A stretch of DNA of 64,000 bases from Candidatus Aminicenantes bacterium (GTDB taxonomy: Bacteria > Acidobacteriota > Aminicenantia > Aminicenantales > JAFGBC01): assembly GCA_963702005.1 (NCBI GenBank), contig OY969696.1, positions 1,504,001 through 1,568,000 on the forward strand, in the 5' to 3' direction. This document shows positions 30,512 through 39,931 of the stretch, piece by piece. Position 1 is the stretch's first letter, and the number at the start of each line of letters is the position of its first letter. The position numbers and the translations under genes are program-made. The notes under the pieces were generated by a model. That model made no database searches, was not told the origin of the DNA, and was given only the letters and a program-made list of their open reading frames with translations.

Positions 30512-31039
30512 ATGAGCCGATTAGAACAATTTCTATTATTTGTCCTAGACAGAGCTCATAGGATCGGAATTAAAGACCTATCCCGTTTTCAGTTATTCAA
30601 GATATCCTATATTATTCAGGTACTGTCTTTAAAATACGCTGGTAAAGAATTTATCCCGAATTTAGTATTCGTTAGGCATAAACATGGACCGATATCTACG
30701 GATATATATCATGCGATAGATGATTTATATAAGAAAAAATATATTAGTAGAGAAATTAGTAAGAAAGAAGACTATGAATTTGCCCGTCATGGCCATAAAT
30801 TAATCAAGAAAATCCCCAGATTGAACTTTAGTAAAGGGGAAACTGTTTTTTTGGATAATTTTCTGTCGGAGTTATTGCCGTTATCTCAAAATAAGTTGAA
30901 ACAATACGCTTACACAACCGAACCGATGAAAGAAATCTTGAAAAAGGAAAAAGGCGAGATTAAGACAGGAGTAGTTATTGATTTTTCAACCGTTATTGTT
31001 GATCCAGATGTCGTAAATAGCTATGCTGACGAATTATGA
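30512..31039 (+). CDS. Panacea/SocA (DUF4065)-like antitoxin
   Basis: QLFKISY..FVRHKHGPIS..AYTTEPM. Confidence 0.65.
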   Translation: MSRLEQFLLFVLDRAHRIGIKDLSRFQLFKISYIIQVLSLKYAGKEFIPNLVFVRHKHGPISTDIYHAIDDLYKKKYISREISKKEDYEFARHGHKLIKKIPRLNFSKGETVFLDNFLSELLPLSQNKLKQYAYTTEPMKEILKKEKGEIKTGVVIDFSTVIVDPDVVNSYADEL

Positions 31040-31461
31040 GTTTTTCTGTCGGCGACATTCCCTTTTTTAAAGAATACCAGTTTACTGATACTGGACGATT
31101 CGCCCCTCATTTTGGGCTAGTACTTCTACCAGAAACCGCGACTAAATATCAGAATAGTCTTTTGTGTTGTGTAATTACCTCACGTGAACCTAAAAGAATC
31201 AAATGGAGTTTATTGTTGGAATGTTCCAAATATAGTTGTTTTTCGAAAAATAGTCATGCTTGTTTCGATAGAAAGGACCTCGTTTCTAAGAGCGGCCTCG
31301 GAGATAATCCTCAACCTAAAGCGCGACTGTGCGTGGATGATCTTAAGAGAGCTTATAAAATATTAAGAAGCTCTCTTTTTGTCATAAGAGATATTGCGAA
31401 TGATCCTTATATGCGAGGCGTAATTATTTATGAGTGGAAGAAGGCACTGGGGAAAAACTAG
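31036..31461 (+). CDS. Putative toxin, PemK/MazF-like fold
   Basis: VGDIPFF.EYQFTD....PH.GLVL..CCVITS; ATGA-coupled to the antitoxin. Confidence 0.5.
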   Translation: MSFSVGDIPFFKEYQFTDTGRFAPHFGLVLLPETATKYQNSLLCCVITSREPKRIKWSLLLECSKYSCFSKNSHACFDRKDLVSKSGLGDNPQPKARLCVDDLKRAYKILRSSLFVIRDIANDPYMRGVIIYEWKKALGKN

Positions 31462-31514
31462 TTGAATTTTGTCCCAGGATTACGCATCGGACTCTCTAAC
31501 GTTTGATTTGAAAT

Positions 31515-31571
31515 AAGTTCTAACGTCCTCCACGGTGGTGTACAAAATTGCCGAAACAATCAAAAATACCC
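31515..31571. repeat. att-like repeat B (LSR2 cassette junction)
   Basis: AAGTTCTAACGTCCTCCACGGTGGTGTAC identical to 35076-35104, then AAAATTGCCGAAA-N4-CAAAAAT-CCC. Confidence 0.85.
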
Positions 31572-31747
31572 GCCTTGCTACGGAGAGTAGGTTTTTATAA
31601 TTAATAAGTAAGATTAAGAAAATCGTTTGTGCTTAATTATAAGAAATAGGGTGTGGATAAATAACCTCTTGACAATATAAGTTACATAAGATATCATTCC
31701 CAATATGGGAACATATGCTAATGTAATATATTGTTCCACGGTAAGAA

Positions 31748-32035
31748 ATGAAACTAATAGGAAAATCAATATTAGACGAATTCAAACAAAAGCATGCCGA
31801 TGCTCGACCACAAATTGATTCTTGGGAAGCAGAAGTTAAGGAAGCAGAATGGAAAACCCCGCAGGATCTCAAAAACAGGTATCCCAAGGCTAGTATTTTA
31901 AGTAAGCAGCGTGTTGTTTTTAATATTTATGGAAATAAATATAGATTGCTAGCACTAGTCACCTATAAGACAGGAGTAGTATTGGTAATTAAAATAGGAA
32001 CGCACAAAGAATACGATAATTGGGTAATAGATTAA
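31748..32035 (+). CDS. higB: HigB-family toxin
   Basis: W..P.DLK.RYP.AS..RVVFNI.GNKYRL..IGTHKEYD. Confidence 0.9.
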   Translation: MKLIGKSILDEFKQKHADARPQIDSWEAEVKEAEWKTPQDLKNRYPKASILSKQRVVFNIYGNKYRLLALVTYKTGVVLVIKIGTHKEYDNWVID

Positions 32036-32051
32036 GATTAGGCAAAAAACT

Positions 32052-33266
32052 ATGAGCAAAATCAAAGTTATTAAAACAAAAAAAGACTACGAAGATGCAC
32101 TCAAATTAGTCGAAGTGCTAATGAGTCATGATCCCGACCCAGATTCAGAAGAAGGGGAACAGCTCAGTCTTCTCAGCACGCTTATTGAAGATTACGAAAC
32201 TAAGGTATTTCCAGAGACATTACCTAATCCTATTGATGCGATCAAATACAGAATGGAACAAATTGGGCTTAAACCAGCCGACCTCATACCATACATTGGC
32301 AGCCGAAGCAGAGTATCAGAAATTCTTTCAGGCAAACGTCAGCTAACTCTTGAGATGGTAAGAGCGCTAGAAGCTGGTCTTGGAATTCCCGCAAAAGTGT
32401 TAATTAAGAAACAGGAGCTGGACGAGAATCTCGATTATCAGAATTGGGACAATCGTTTACTAGCAGAATTGGAAGCACGTGGTTATTTCGGCAGCTATTC
32501 CATAAAGAAATATAATAAAGATGAACTTCTTAAAAACTTCTTTGCGCCAATCGGATCTCCTGCGCAGCTCGTCGGGATGCTACGAAAATCTAACTACAGA
32601 TCTTCGCCACTTACTGATAAGCGCGCGTTAAGCGCTTGGGCCGCTTGCGTGCTTAGAAAAGCGAATAAAATAAGAGTATCTGAGAAATACAGACATGGGT
32701 TCGTAAATTCCACGTTTATGCAGGAATTAGCAAAATTAAGTGTAAAAGGTAACGGACCAGTTCTAGCTCAGGAATTATTGAAAAAAGGGGGAATCAAATT
32801 GGTGATTGAACCTCACTTCCCCAAAACATACCTAGATGGAGCAACAATTCTTATCAACAAAGATAATCCGGTTATCGGATTAACCTTAAGATATGATCGA
32901 TTGGATAACTTTTGGTTCACAATGATGCATGAATTAGCGCACATAGCCTTGCATTATGACAGTGGCATTAATCTTTTTTATGATGAGATTGAGGGGATAA
33001 AAACGATCGATATAGATGAGAGAGAACGAGAAGCTGACGCATTAGCTGAAGAAACTCTTTTACCAAAGGCAAAATGGGAGATCAGCCCAGCCAGATTAAT
33101 TCCTTCTTTTATGGCAGCAAACAGTTTGGCCAATGAGCTTGGAGTACATGTAGCCATCATCGCCGGCCAAATCAGGCATAAAGGCAATAAATATATCTAC
33201 CTAAACAAAATTGTAAATGGGGCAAAAATTAGAAAATATTTTCCTCATGAAAAATGGAATAAATAA
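32052..33266 (+). CDS. higA: HigA antitoxin fused to ImmA/IrrE metallopeptidase
   Basis: PIDAIKYRMEQ..GSRSRVSEILSGKR; DRLDNFWFTMMHELAH; EREAD. Confidence 0.88.
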   Translation: MSKIKVIKTKKDYEDALKLVEVLMSHDPDPDSEEGEQLSLLSTLIEDYETKVFPETLPNPIDAIKYRMEQIGLKPADLIPYIGSRSRVSEILSGKRQLTLEMVRALEAGLGIPAKVLIKKQELDENLDYQNWDNRLLAELEARGYFGSYSIKKYNKDELLKNFFAPIGSPAQLVGMLRKSNYRSSPLTDKRALSAWAACVLRKANKIRVSEKYRHGFVNSTFMQELAKLSVKGNGPVLAQELLKKGGIKLVIEPHFPKTYLDGATILINKDNPVIGLTLRYDRLDNFWFTMMHELAHIALHYDSGINLFYDEIEGIKTIDIDEREREADALAEETLLPKAKWEISPARLIPSFMAANSLANELGVHVAIIAGQIRHKGNKYIYLNKIVNGAKIRKYFPHEKWNK

Positions 33267-33267
33267 T

Positions 33268-34347
33268 ATGTTTGATTCAAAACATTACGTGCCAATATTA
33301 AAATGGAAACGCGCCGAGCAAGGCGCGCTAAAGGAATTGGAAGAAAAACATAAAAGGATTATAACTCCTTTAATTCAATTCGTAATGCCGAAAAACAAGC
33401 CAGAAGACAAGCTTGAAGATGTTATTGCAAGATTTGATGGTCAATTAGCCGAAATACCAGGAAAAATAATTGATATCTGGGGCAAGTCCCCGATCTTTAT
33501 TGGTGTTAATTTGTTATATTCTACATCCCTGAAAGAAAAAGCTCTCGATGTTATTTCACATGGAGGGCATAAGCTCGGAGGTATTTTTATTCCCGTTATA
33601 CATCTTAATGATGACGAGAAGATTAAGAAATCAGCATTGAATGTCGCAAAAGAGACTGGGAGCGGCTTATGTGTAAGATTAATATGTTCTGATTTTTCCG
33701 ATATAACGAAATTAGATCACGATATTGGTAGCCTTCTTTCATTCGGATTAAACGAAAACGATATCGATCTATTAATTGATATCAAAGAAACCGAAAAAGA
33801 TGAGGAAAAATACGCTAAATATTTCAATTTGAGTCAAAAGGTTCCCAATCTAATGAAGTGGCGAACATTAATATTTGCCAGCGGATCATTTCCCGAAGAT
33901 TTATCTGAGTGTAAAGTTGATGAAGAAAATCTTATACCACGCAACGACTGGAAAAGTTGGAAAGAATGTATTGGTAAAAAGTTGCAAAGAAAACCAACCT
34001 TCTCGGACTACACTATTCAGCATCCTATTTACAAAGAAGCTGTCCAATTTTATCACCCGACTTCAAGCATTAAATATACATTAAAAAATGAATGGCTGAT
34101 TATGAAAGGTCAAAGGCAAAGATTTGAACAATATTTGGCACATGCAGCTGAGCTGGTAAAGGATAAAAGATATTGTGGGGAAGATTTTAGTAATGGTGAT
34201 AAATATATAGCCGAAAAGGCAAAACATTTTTATGTATATACAAAGAATCCCGCCATCAAGGGTACGGGAAGCACAGAAACTTGGCTTAAAGCTGGCCTTA
34301 GCCACCATTTAGTATTAGTGGCGCATCAGGTCTCCACTCTGGCCTGA
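33268..34347 (+). CDS. Beta-family protein (T4 beta-like)
   Basis: YVPILKWKRAE, ASGSFP, FSDYTIQHP, IKYT..W, SHHL. Confidence 0.75.
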   Translation: MFDSKHYVPILKWKRAEQGALKELEEKHKRIITPLIQFVMPKNKPEDKLEDVIARFDGQLAEIPGKIIDIWGKSPIFIGVNLLYSTSLKEKALDVISHGGHKLGGIFIPVIHLNDDEKIKKSALNVAKETGSGLCVRLICSDFSDITKLDHDIGSLLSFGLNENDIDLLIDIKETEKDEEKYAKYFNLSQKVPNLMKWRTLIFASGSFPEDLSECKVDEENLIPRNDWKSWKECIGKKLQRKPTFSDYTIQHPIYKEAVQFYHPTSSIKYTLKNEWLIMKGQRQRFEQYLAHAAELVKDKRYCGEDFSNGDKYIAEKAKHFYVYTKNPAIKGTGSTETWLKAGLSHHLVLVAHQVSTLA

Positions 34348-34924
34348 AAAATATTTTATCTCTTACTTTTTTTCCAAGAGTTTCTTTGTCAAAATAAATG
34401 GATAATTTTTCATAAATACAGTCTCTAGGCTTTGAATAGAGACCGATGGCTTTACCAGCCTCTTCTAAGATCTTCAATGCCTCTTCTCTCCACAAGAGCC
34501 TGGCAATAGAAATTCCATCCTGTTCTTTATTATTTTCTCCCTCTCGGATGAGATTAAAGATTACTGAGCCGTTAAGATCAATCTTGGCAACCGTGATACC
34601 CCACCAATCAGGCACCATGTTTATTGCATTATATAGATGACTTTTTCCGACTACCAAAGTGACCTTGTCGAACACAGCATTAAAAATATTCATCTGTTCT
34701 GGTAATCGTTGTAATGTATCTTGATCGCTCTTTATTTCATAACCGTGCATCATTCCATTAACAACAGCAATATCAATTCTTGAAGTGCCATGGTTGACAC
34801 CCAATTCTTCAATTATTCGTAATTTCTTATCTTGGGCGTGACGCTTTTTTAAATCCTCCATTAAGGCGGATCGTATAATCAAATCGGTTGTTGGAAGATT
34901 CTTCTTCGAATTGTTTTTCTTCAT
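34298..34924 (-). CDS. sce7726-family PD-(D/E)XK-like protein
   Basis: RIDIAVVNG..HGYEIKSDQDTLQRLPEQ..FDKVTLVVG..PDWWGI. Confidence 0.8.
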   Translation of the reverse strand: MKKNNSKKNLPTTDLIIRSALMEDLKKRHAQDKKLRIIEELGVNHGTSRIDIAVVNGMMHGYEIKSDQDTLQRLPEQMNIFNAVFDKVTLVVGKSHLYNAINMVPDWWGITVAKIDLNGSVIFNLIREGENNKEQDGISIARLLWREEALKILEEAGKAIGLYSKPRDCIYEKLSIYFDKETLGKKVRDKIFFRPEWRPDAPLILNGG

Positions 34925-35034
34925 AATTTATGTTTCTTTTTTTAAGTATAACATAAGATAAGACAGAACAACATATAGGATGACATGACCGACATGGCTT
35001 TATATCTTGTTGGAAATAATATCTTTTGTTAGAA

Positions 35035-36648
35035 TTAAACAAACACTTCTTCCGATTGGGGCAGTTTTTCATAAAAAGTTCTAACGTCCTCCACGGTGGT
35101 GTACCAGGAAAGAAATTGGGAAGTGGAGAGGTCCGATTTAGCTTCAAAAATGGCGTTTTTCGGAGATTCGAGCGTATTGTTTCTCCTTCGGACTACCATT
35201 AAGCCTTTTTCGATAATTTGGAGCGGTTTTTCAAGCCGAATTTCGAGTTCTTTATCTTTCAGAAAAAGGTTCGAGCCGAGTTCTTGGAGGATCGTCCGTT
35301 TGTCTTCCAAGGAGCCGTTTTGGAAGTTCTTTTTAGCCCGCGCTGCGAAAATGAAGGTTTCCGCAGTAAGATCGAGCGAGCGTTTTATCGGGTCCTCCAT
35401 TAAGCTTCTTTCTAGCCGGGCTCTTTCTTCTGCGAGCCGTTTCTTCTCTTCGACATATTCTTCGTCGTTGATTAAATCCTTGAGCCTCATCTGGTTCAGA
35501 TTAGCGAGTCGCTTCTCGCAATCGGCAAGGGCTTTCTCCAATGATCGCCGAACATTGTTTTCTTTTTGATGTCCATCCTTTTCTTCTTCGCGCAAATACT
35601 CGAAAGCTAAATCGAGAAGCGTTTGGGGAACGTGGACATTTTCCAGATATGCGGCGACCTGGCTTTCGAGGACTTTCAATTCGATATATTTCTGATGACA
35701 ACGCGGCCCGTGTTTCTTTTTTGTACAATGATAATAAGTGTAGTGATAGCCGTATCTATTGATTTTCTCCTCTGCTGTAATCATACAACCACACTCAGCG
35801 CATCTGATCAGGCCGGTAAATGCGAATTCATGGGTCTTCGGCCTTGGCCTTCCGCGCCGCCCGAGAATGTCTTGAGCTTTCCAGAATTCATCTTCGGTAA
35901 TCATAGGCTCGTGCTTTCCCGGATATGTGCCTTCTTTTCTCTCCATAAGGCCGTAGTAAAAAGGATTTCCGAAGATTTCATAAATTCCGCTCATACTCAA
36001 CGGCTTGCCGCCGATTTTATTCCCTTGTCTTGTCCTAAAGCCCCATTTATTGTTTGCGATATCGAGTATCTTGGAAGGCGAAACTCCTTTTAAAAGAAGC
36101 TCCCACATTCTGCGGACGATGGGGAAACGCTTCGGATCTATGACAATCGTTCTTTCTTTCGGCTCATTGAGATAGCCTAAAGGCGGGAGAGAAGGAAGCC
36201 AGCCCCTTTCGAGTTTCGCCCGAAGTCCTCTTTTCACGTTATCGCTCAGGTCGTCCACATACTTTTTCGCCATACCGAATTCGATTTGCATTAGGAATTT
36301 ATCGTTGCTGTTGTTCTTAAAGCTTCCATGCGGCGTTTGAATATCGGATATCTTGCCTTGATCCAGAGCCCAGACCAGGGCCGCGCCATCTATCGGATTT
36401 CGGGCTAAGCGATCAAGCTTCCAGCAGACGATCCCTTTGTATTGGCCCTTATAGAGTTTTTTCATCATATCGTTAAAGATCGGCCTGCCGGGAGATTTGG
36501 CAGATTTAGACTCAGTAAGAATATCGGAGATCGGAAGGCTCATTCTTTTGCCGAACTCCTCCAATTCCTTGATTTGGGAGTCGATTGATAAGACCTGTTT
36601 TTCTTCTGATTCCGTAGATTTACGACAGTAGAGAACATATTGGGACAT
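35035..36648 (-). CDS. Large serine recombinase LSR2
   Basis: YCRKSTESEEKQ, WKLDRLARN, PLGY, HEPMIT, GLIRCAECG, YYHCT; ends WYTTVEDVRTF. Confidence 0.93.
   Translation of the reverse strand: MSQYVLYCRKSTESEEKQVLSIDSQIKELEEFGKRMSLPISDILTESKSAKSPGRPIFNDMMKKLYKGQYKGIVCWKLDRLARNPIDGAALVWALDQGKISDIQTPHGSFKNNSNDKFLMQIEFGMAKKYVDDLSDNVKRGLRAKLERGWLPSLPPLGYLNEPKERTIVIDPKRFPIVRRMWELLLKGVSPSKILDIANNKWGFRTRQGNKIGGKPLSMSGIYEIFGNPFYYGLMERKEGTYPGKHEPMITEDEFWKAQDILGRRGRPRPKTHEFAFTGLIRCAECGCMITAEEKINRYGYHYTYYHCTKKKHGPRCHQKYIELKVLESQVAAYLENVHVPQTLLDLAFEYLREEEKDGHQKENNVRRSLEKALADCEKRLANLNQMRLKDLINDEEYVEEKKRLAEERARLERSLMEDPIKRSLDLTAETFIFAARAKKNFQNGSLEDKRTILQELGSNLFLKDKELEIRLEKPLQIIEKGLMVVRRRNNTLESPKNAIFEAKSDLSTSQFLSWYTTVEDVRTFYEKLPQSEEVFV
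35076..35104. repeat. att-like repeat A inside the LSR2 3' end
   Basis: Encodes YTTVEDVRT; similarity to copies B and C stops exactly at the palindrome GTAC. Confidence 0.85.
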
Positions 36649-36712
36649 AAAATTGTGGCCCTTGGAAGACGATTTGCGATAAATCTTAATCCGAAGACCG
36701 GTTAAGAGCTTA

Positions 36713-36934
36713 TTATTCTTTCAGCTTATCATCTTTTAAATGATCGTCAAATAAACGAGGCCCGGACAAAGCGTTTGCCCGGCTGCTAGTCGAAGGTTCT
36801 TTAAGAATCACCCTCAATAGATTAACCAGCCTAAGAAATTTCTCGTAGGCCTGGCTGTCGGATATTGTCTCGTTAAACTCATCCTGATAGATTTTCTTGA
36901 ATTCTTCGATTGTTTCCTTGCTTGGACTCATCAA
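36713..36934 (-). CDS. Small protein upstream of LSR2
   Basis: SKETIEEFKKIYQDEFNETISDSQAYE; co-oriented with the recombinase. Confidence 0.65.
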   Translation of the reverse strand: MMSPSKETIEEFKKIYQDEFNETISDSQAYEKFLRLVNLLRVILKEPSTSSRANALSGPRLFDDHLKDDKLKE

Positions 36935-36962
36935 TTATCAGGATAAGACAAGGAAAATCATG

Positions 36963-36984
36963 ATATAAGACAGGAAAAATTGCC
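36963..36984 (-). promoter_or_regulatory. Putative operator/promoter motif, copy 2
   Basis: Minus strand GGCAATTTTTCCTGTCTTATAT, ~30 nt before the LSR2 operon. Confidence 0.45.
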
Positions 36985-37419
36985 TATTAAAGCCATAAAG
37001 CAGGAGGAAGGATAGAGCAATTCTAAAGGAGGTCCAGTAAATGTCTTTCCGCGCCCACTAAAGAGGACATTTTCGAACAGATCGTGAGTTTTAATCTTTC
37101 AGCACAGAATTTAGAAATAAAGGGATTAGTTGAGCTCTTAATAGAAAAATCTGAATCTTTTTTGATAGTAGCAGGCTAATCTAGAAAATATTCAAATCTT
37201 ATATCCCGTAATAATAGGTTAATCTCCCTTTCTTCATCCAAAAAAACTAAACAAAAGTAATCCTTTTGTTTAGGAGATATTTTATAAATCAAAGAATAAA
37301 AAAAAACAAGCCCTTTGGCGCTAGCCAATGGCTTAGAGAAGGAAAGGAGGTGAGAATGGTTTGAATAAGGGGAAAAATCGGAAAAGGCGGAGGCAGAAAT
37401 ATTAAAAAAAGGAGGAACA

Positions 37420-37905
37420 ATGAAGATTTCAAAAATTTCCGTCTTTTTCTTTTCTATTCTTTCTGGACTCCTAGTCCTTGCTGCCTGTGCAACACTCCCG
37501 GAAGAAGGTTTAACTCCAAAAACCGAGGAGACAGCTATTGAGATCAATGCTCCCAAGCTGGATATTTTTGATGCAGCTAGTCAAGTATTTATTGAACACG
37601 GGTTTTCAATTTCGAGTTCAAATGAAAGACTGGGATTAATCGCTACCGACTACAAAGATGTAAAAAAGACATTCGGATCAAGCTTTGTTCTCGCTCTTTT
37701 TGGGAAAGAGGACGTGGAAGTCATGCTGACGACAAGCATTAAATCTTCAAGTACAGGCTGCACACTCACTATTTTGCCTAAAGGACGGGCTAGGAAGAGT
37801 AGCCGTTTCAAGTCAGAATATGATGAGGTCAAACTTTCCAAATCATTTTTAAAGAACGTTGAGAAAATAGCTGAGGAAATTAAAGACCTGGCCGAGAAAA
37901 AGTAA
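37420..37905 (+). CDS. Lipoprotein
   Basis: Lipobox LAAC; GGAGG RBS. Confidence 0.7.
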   Translation: MKISKISVFFFSILSGLLVLAACATLPEEGLTPKTEETAIEINAPKLDIFDAASQVFIEHGFSISSSNERLGLIATDYKDVKKTFGSSFVLALFGKEDVEVMLTTSIKSSSTGCTLTILPKGRARKSSRFKSEYDEVKLSKSFLKNVEKIAEEIKDLAEKK

Positions 37906-38133
37906 GACATCTTATATTTTGGCCCCTCTTTTCCATACTGGCAAAAAGATTACGGATCTCCGCCAAAGCGCAAGGCATATTTCAGCCCCGTGCTGGCGAA
38001 GTTGGAGACAGATAACTCTAGGACCACCTATAAAGCTATTTGCGCTTCAGCAGACGTCGAACAGGTATCAAACCTGTATCCATGGGCAAGATTGGGCCAG
38101 GTTCTGAGAAGAGTGGTTATGGAGTGAAAAATA

Positions 38134-38844
38134 GTGATGGAGCGGAAGATGAAAAGAATGACTATTTTATCAGGGATGCTGGCGCTTCTGCTTCAGCCGT
38201 GCATTCTTCAGGCCACATTAGACAAAAGTGACAGTAACAAGGATTATCTAAGCCTGCAACTGTATTTCATAGACTATTATTCAAGCTGGAGTTACTTCAA
38301 ATTTAAAGTATACGATGAACGCTGGAACGAATATGGGTGGATTAATAATGAGCCTGGATGTGCGGGTGGATATTTAGAATTAAATATTGGCGTTTCCTGG
38401 AAGCATTTTTTATCGAAAAGAGTATTCGGCGAATTATCTCTGGCAACGGGTGTCAGGGCATTGGAGAAGTCCGATATTTATCGCCGGAGTCCTGAAATAT
38501 TTGCGAGAATAAGAATCCCTCCTCCGGAATATATTGCTCAAGCAGGAATAGGATATTGTTTCTTTCAATCGAAAAGACTGCGTGTTTTTGCGGAAATTAC
38601 AGGCTCAATAAATTCTCTTAGAGAATTCCCTTCTGACATAAATGTAGCCTGCGAGCAATTCAGAAACCCGAATTTTGCCTGGAGAGGGGAACTAGGCGTA
38701 ATCCTCCATCTTGGAAAAAGCTCATTCCTTGAGGTGGAGGTAGGGCTTTTTCATAATTCCAACAACTACCACAATACCGGGCATCAGGTAAGACTGGGCA
38801 TTGGAAAGATATTTATACACAACGGTCCGCGGGCTTTGCCCTAA
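38134..38844 (+). CDS. Putative outer-membrane beta-barrel protein; 3' end overlaps IS relic
   Basis: Signal peptide; alternating beta-strand pattern ending VRLGIGKIF. Confidence 0.55.
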   Translation: MMERKMKRMTILSGMLALLLQPCILQATLDKSDSNKDYLSLQLYFIDYYSSWSYFKFKVYDERWNEYGWINNEPGCAGGYLELNIGVSWKHFLSKRVFGELSLATGVRALEKSDIYRRSPEIFARIRIPPPEYIAQAGIGYCFFQSKRLRVFAEITGSINSLREFPSDINVACEQFRNPNFAWRGELGVILHLGKSSFLEVEVGLFHNSNNYHNTGHQVRLGIGKIFIHNGPRALP

Positions 38845-39062
38845 AAGGGTTGCGATCTCATAAGAACTCATACCGGAACAGGAGAGAAGCACGCCGTGGA
38901 GTCGTTGGTCATAGCGAGATTCCTGGGACCTTTGGATTTCGTTCTGAATGGCGAGCCTCATGATGTCCGCATCCGCAATTTTCAAGCGACGCATGACGGC
39001 CCCTTTCGGAGTCCACCATACCAAAAATCGCAATAATGCGTGATTATTTATGACGCCATGTA
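38816..39062 (-). pseudogene. Truncated IS630-like transposase N-terminus
   Basis: From ATG 38994: MRRLKIAD..SQESRYDQRLHGVLL..GMSSYEIATLLGQSPRTV, then similarity ends. Confidence 0.55.
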
Positions 39063-39228
39063 TAGATTGTAGGAACACTCGGAAGATCCAAGCGCTCAAT
39101 ATTGAATTGGAGAACTAAACAAAAGGATTACTTTTGTCTAGTTACTGAAAGTTTACTTTTAATTCTGATGGAAGTCAAGCTTTTTTGATGCCAACTAATA
39201 AAAAGCCTTTATTGCTCAATTCTCAAAT

Positions 39229-39825
39229 ATGCGGAATAATATGTCAAATTTTAAATGTGGATCGTTCACGAGCTCATCTAGAATTGTCCCTTATCTGTTG
39301 TCGGATGAGGTTCAGAAGCTGGCCGCAGAAGCAGGAAAAAGGCGGAATGGAGAACGAGATTGTCTGTTTATTTTGCTTTTATATCAAACAGGGTTAAGGA
39401 TATCTGAGGCTTTATCTTTAACTCCAGCTAAAATTGATCAGTTCGATGGAAAGCCGGTCCTAAACATTATTGGGAAAGGCAACAAACCCCGCCTTGTCTC
39501 CTGCCCGCAAAATCTGGCAGGAAGAATGGCCGCCTATGGAAAGAAAATGGATCTGAATGCCCATGACAGATTCTTCCCCTTTAACAGAATACGCGGTTGG
39601 CAGATAATCAAGACGGCTGCGGAAAACGCGGGATTTCAAAAGAGAATTTTTCCGCATCTTCTAAGACATTCGGACGCAATTGAAAGATTGAGGCAGACGG
39701 GAAATCCCAAGGCCCTTCAGCACCACCTGGGCCACTCCTCGATTTCCATGGTGATGAGATATCTTTCAACTTTAACCCAGGAGGAGTCGTTGAGGATTCA
39801 GCAGAAAGTGGAATTTAAGAAATAG
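39229..39825 (+). CDS. Tyrosine recombinase, catalytic domain only
   Basis: TGLRISEAL, GKGNKPR, HLLRHS, HLGHSS...RY. Confidence 0.88.
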   Translation: MRNNMSNFKCGSFTSSSRIVPYLLSDEVQKLAAEAGKRRNGERDCLFILLLYQTGLRISEALSLTPAKIDQFDGKPVLNIIGKGNKPRLVSCPQNLAGRMAAYGKKMDLNAHDRFFPFNRIRGWQIIKTAAENAGFQKRIFPHLLRHSDAIERLRQTGNPKALQHHLGHSSISMVMRYLSTLTQEESLRIQQKVEFKK

Positions 39826-39931
39826 AGTTAATATTAGCCTTGGAATTTAAAAGTATATATTAAATTGCTCAGTTGTTTAAAAAAATCCTTGACGAATCCT
39901 AAATATGCCCCGGCGACTTGTAGCGAGTTGA

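Noticed and set aside
30323-35104. The 29-bp repeats as a CRISPR array or tRNA 3' ends
   Set aside because: Spacing is kilobases and contains genes; the GTTC..CCA distance does not fit a tRNA and no cloverleaf is present.
39229-39825. Tyrosine recombinase as an integron integrase IntI
   Set aside because: Too short, lacks the IntI-specific insertion, and no attC hairpins were seen.
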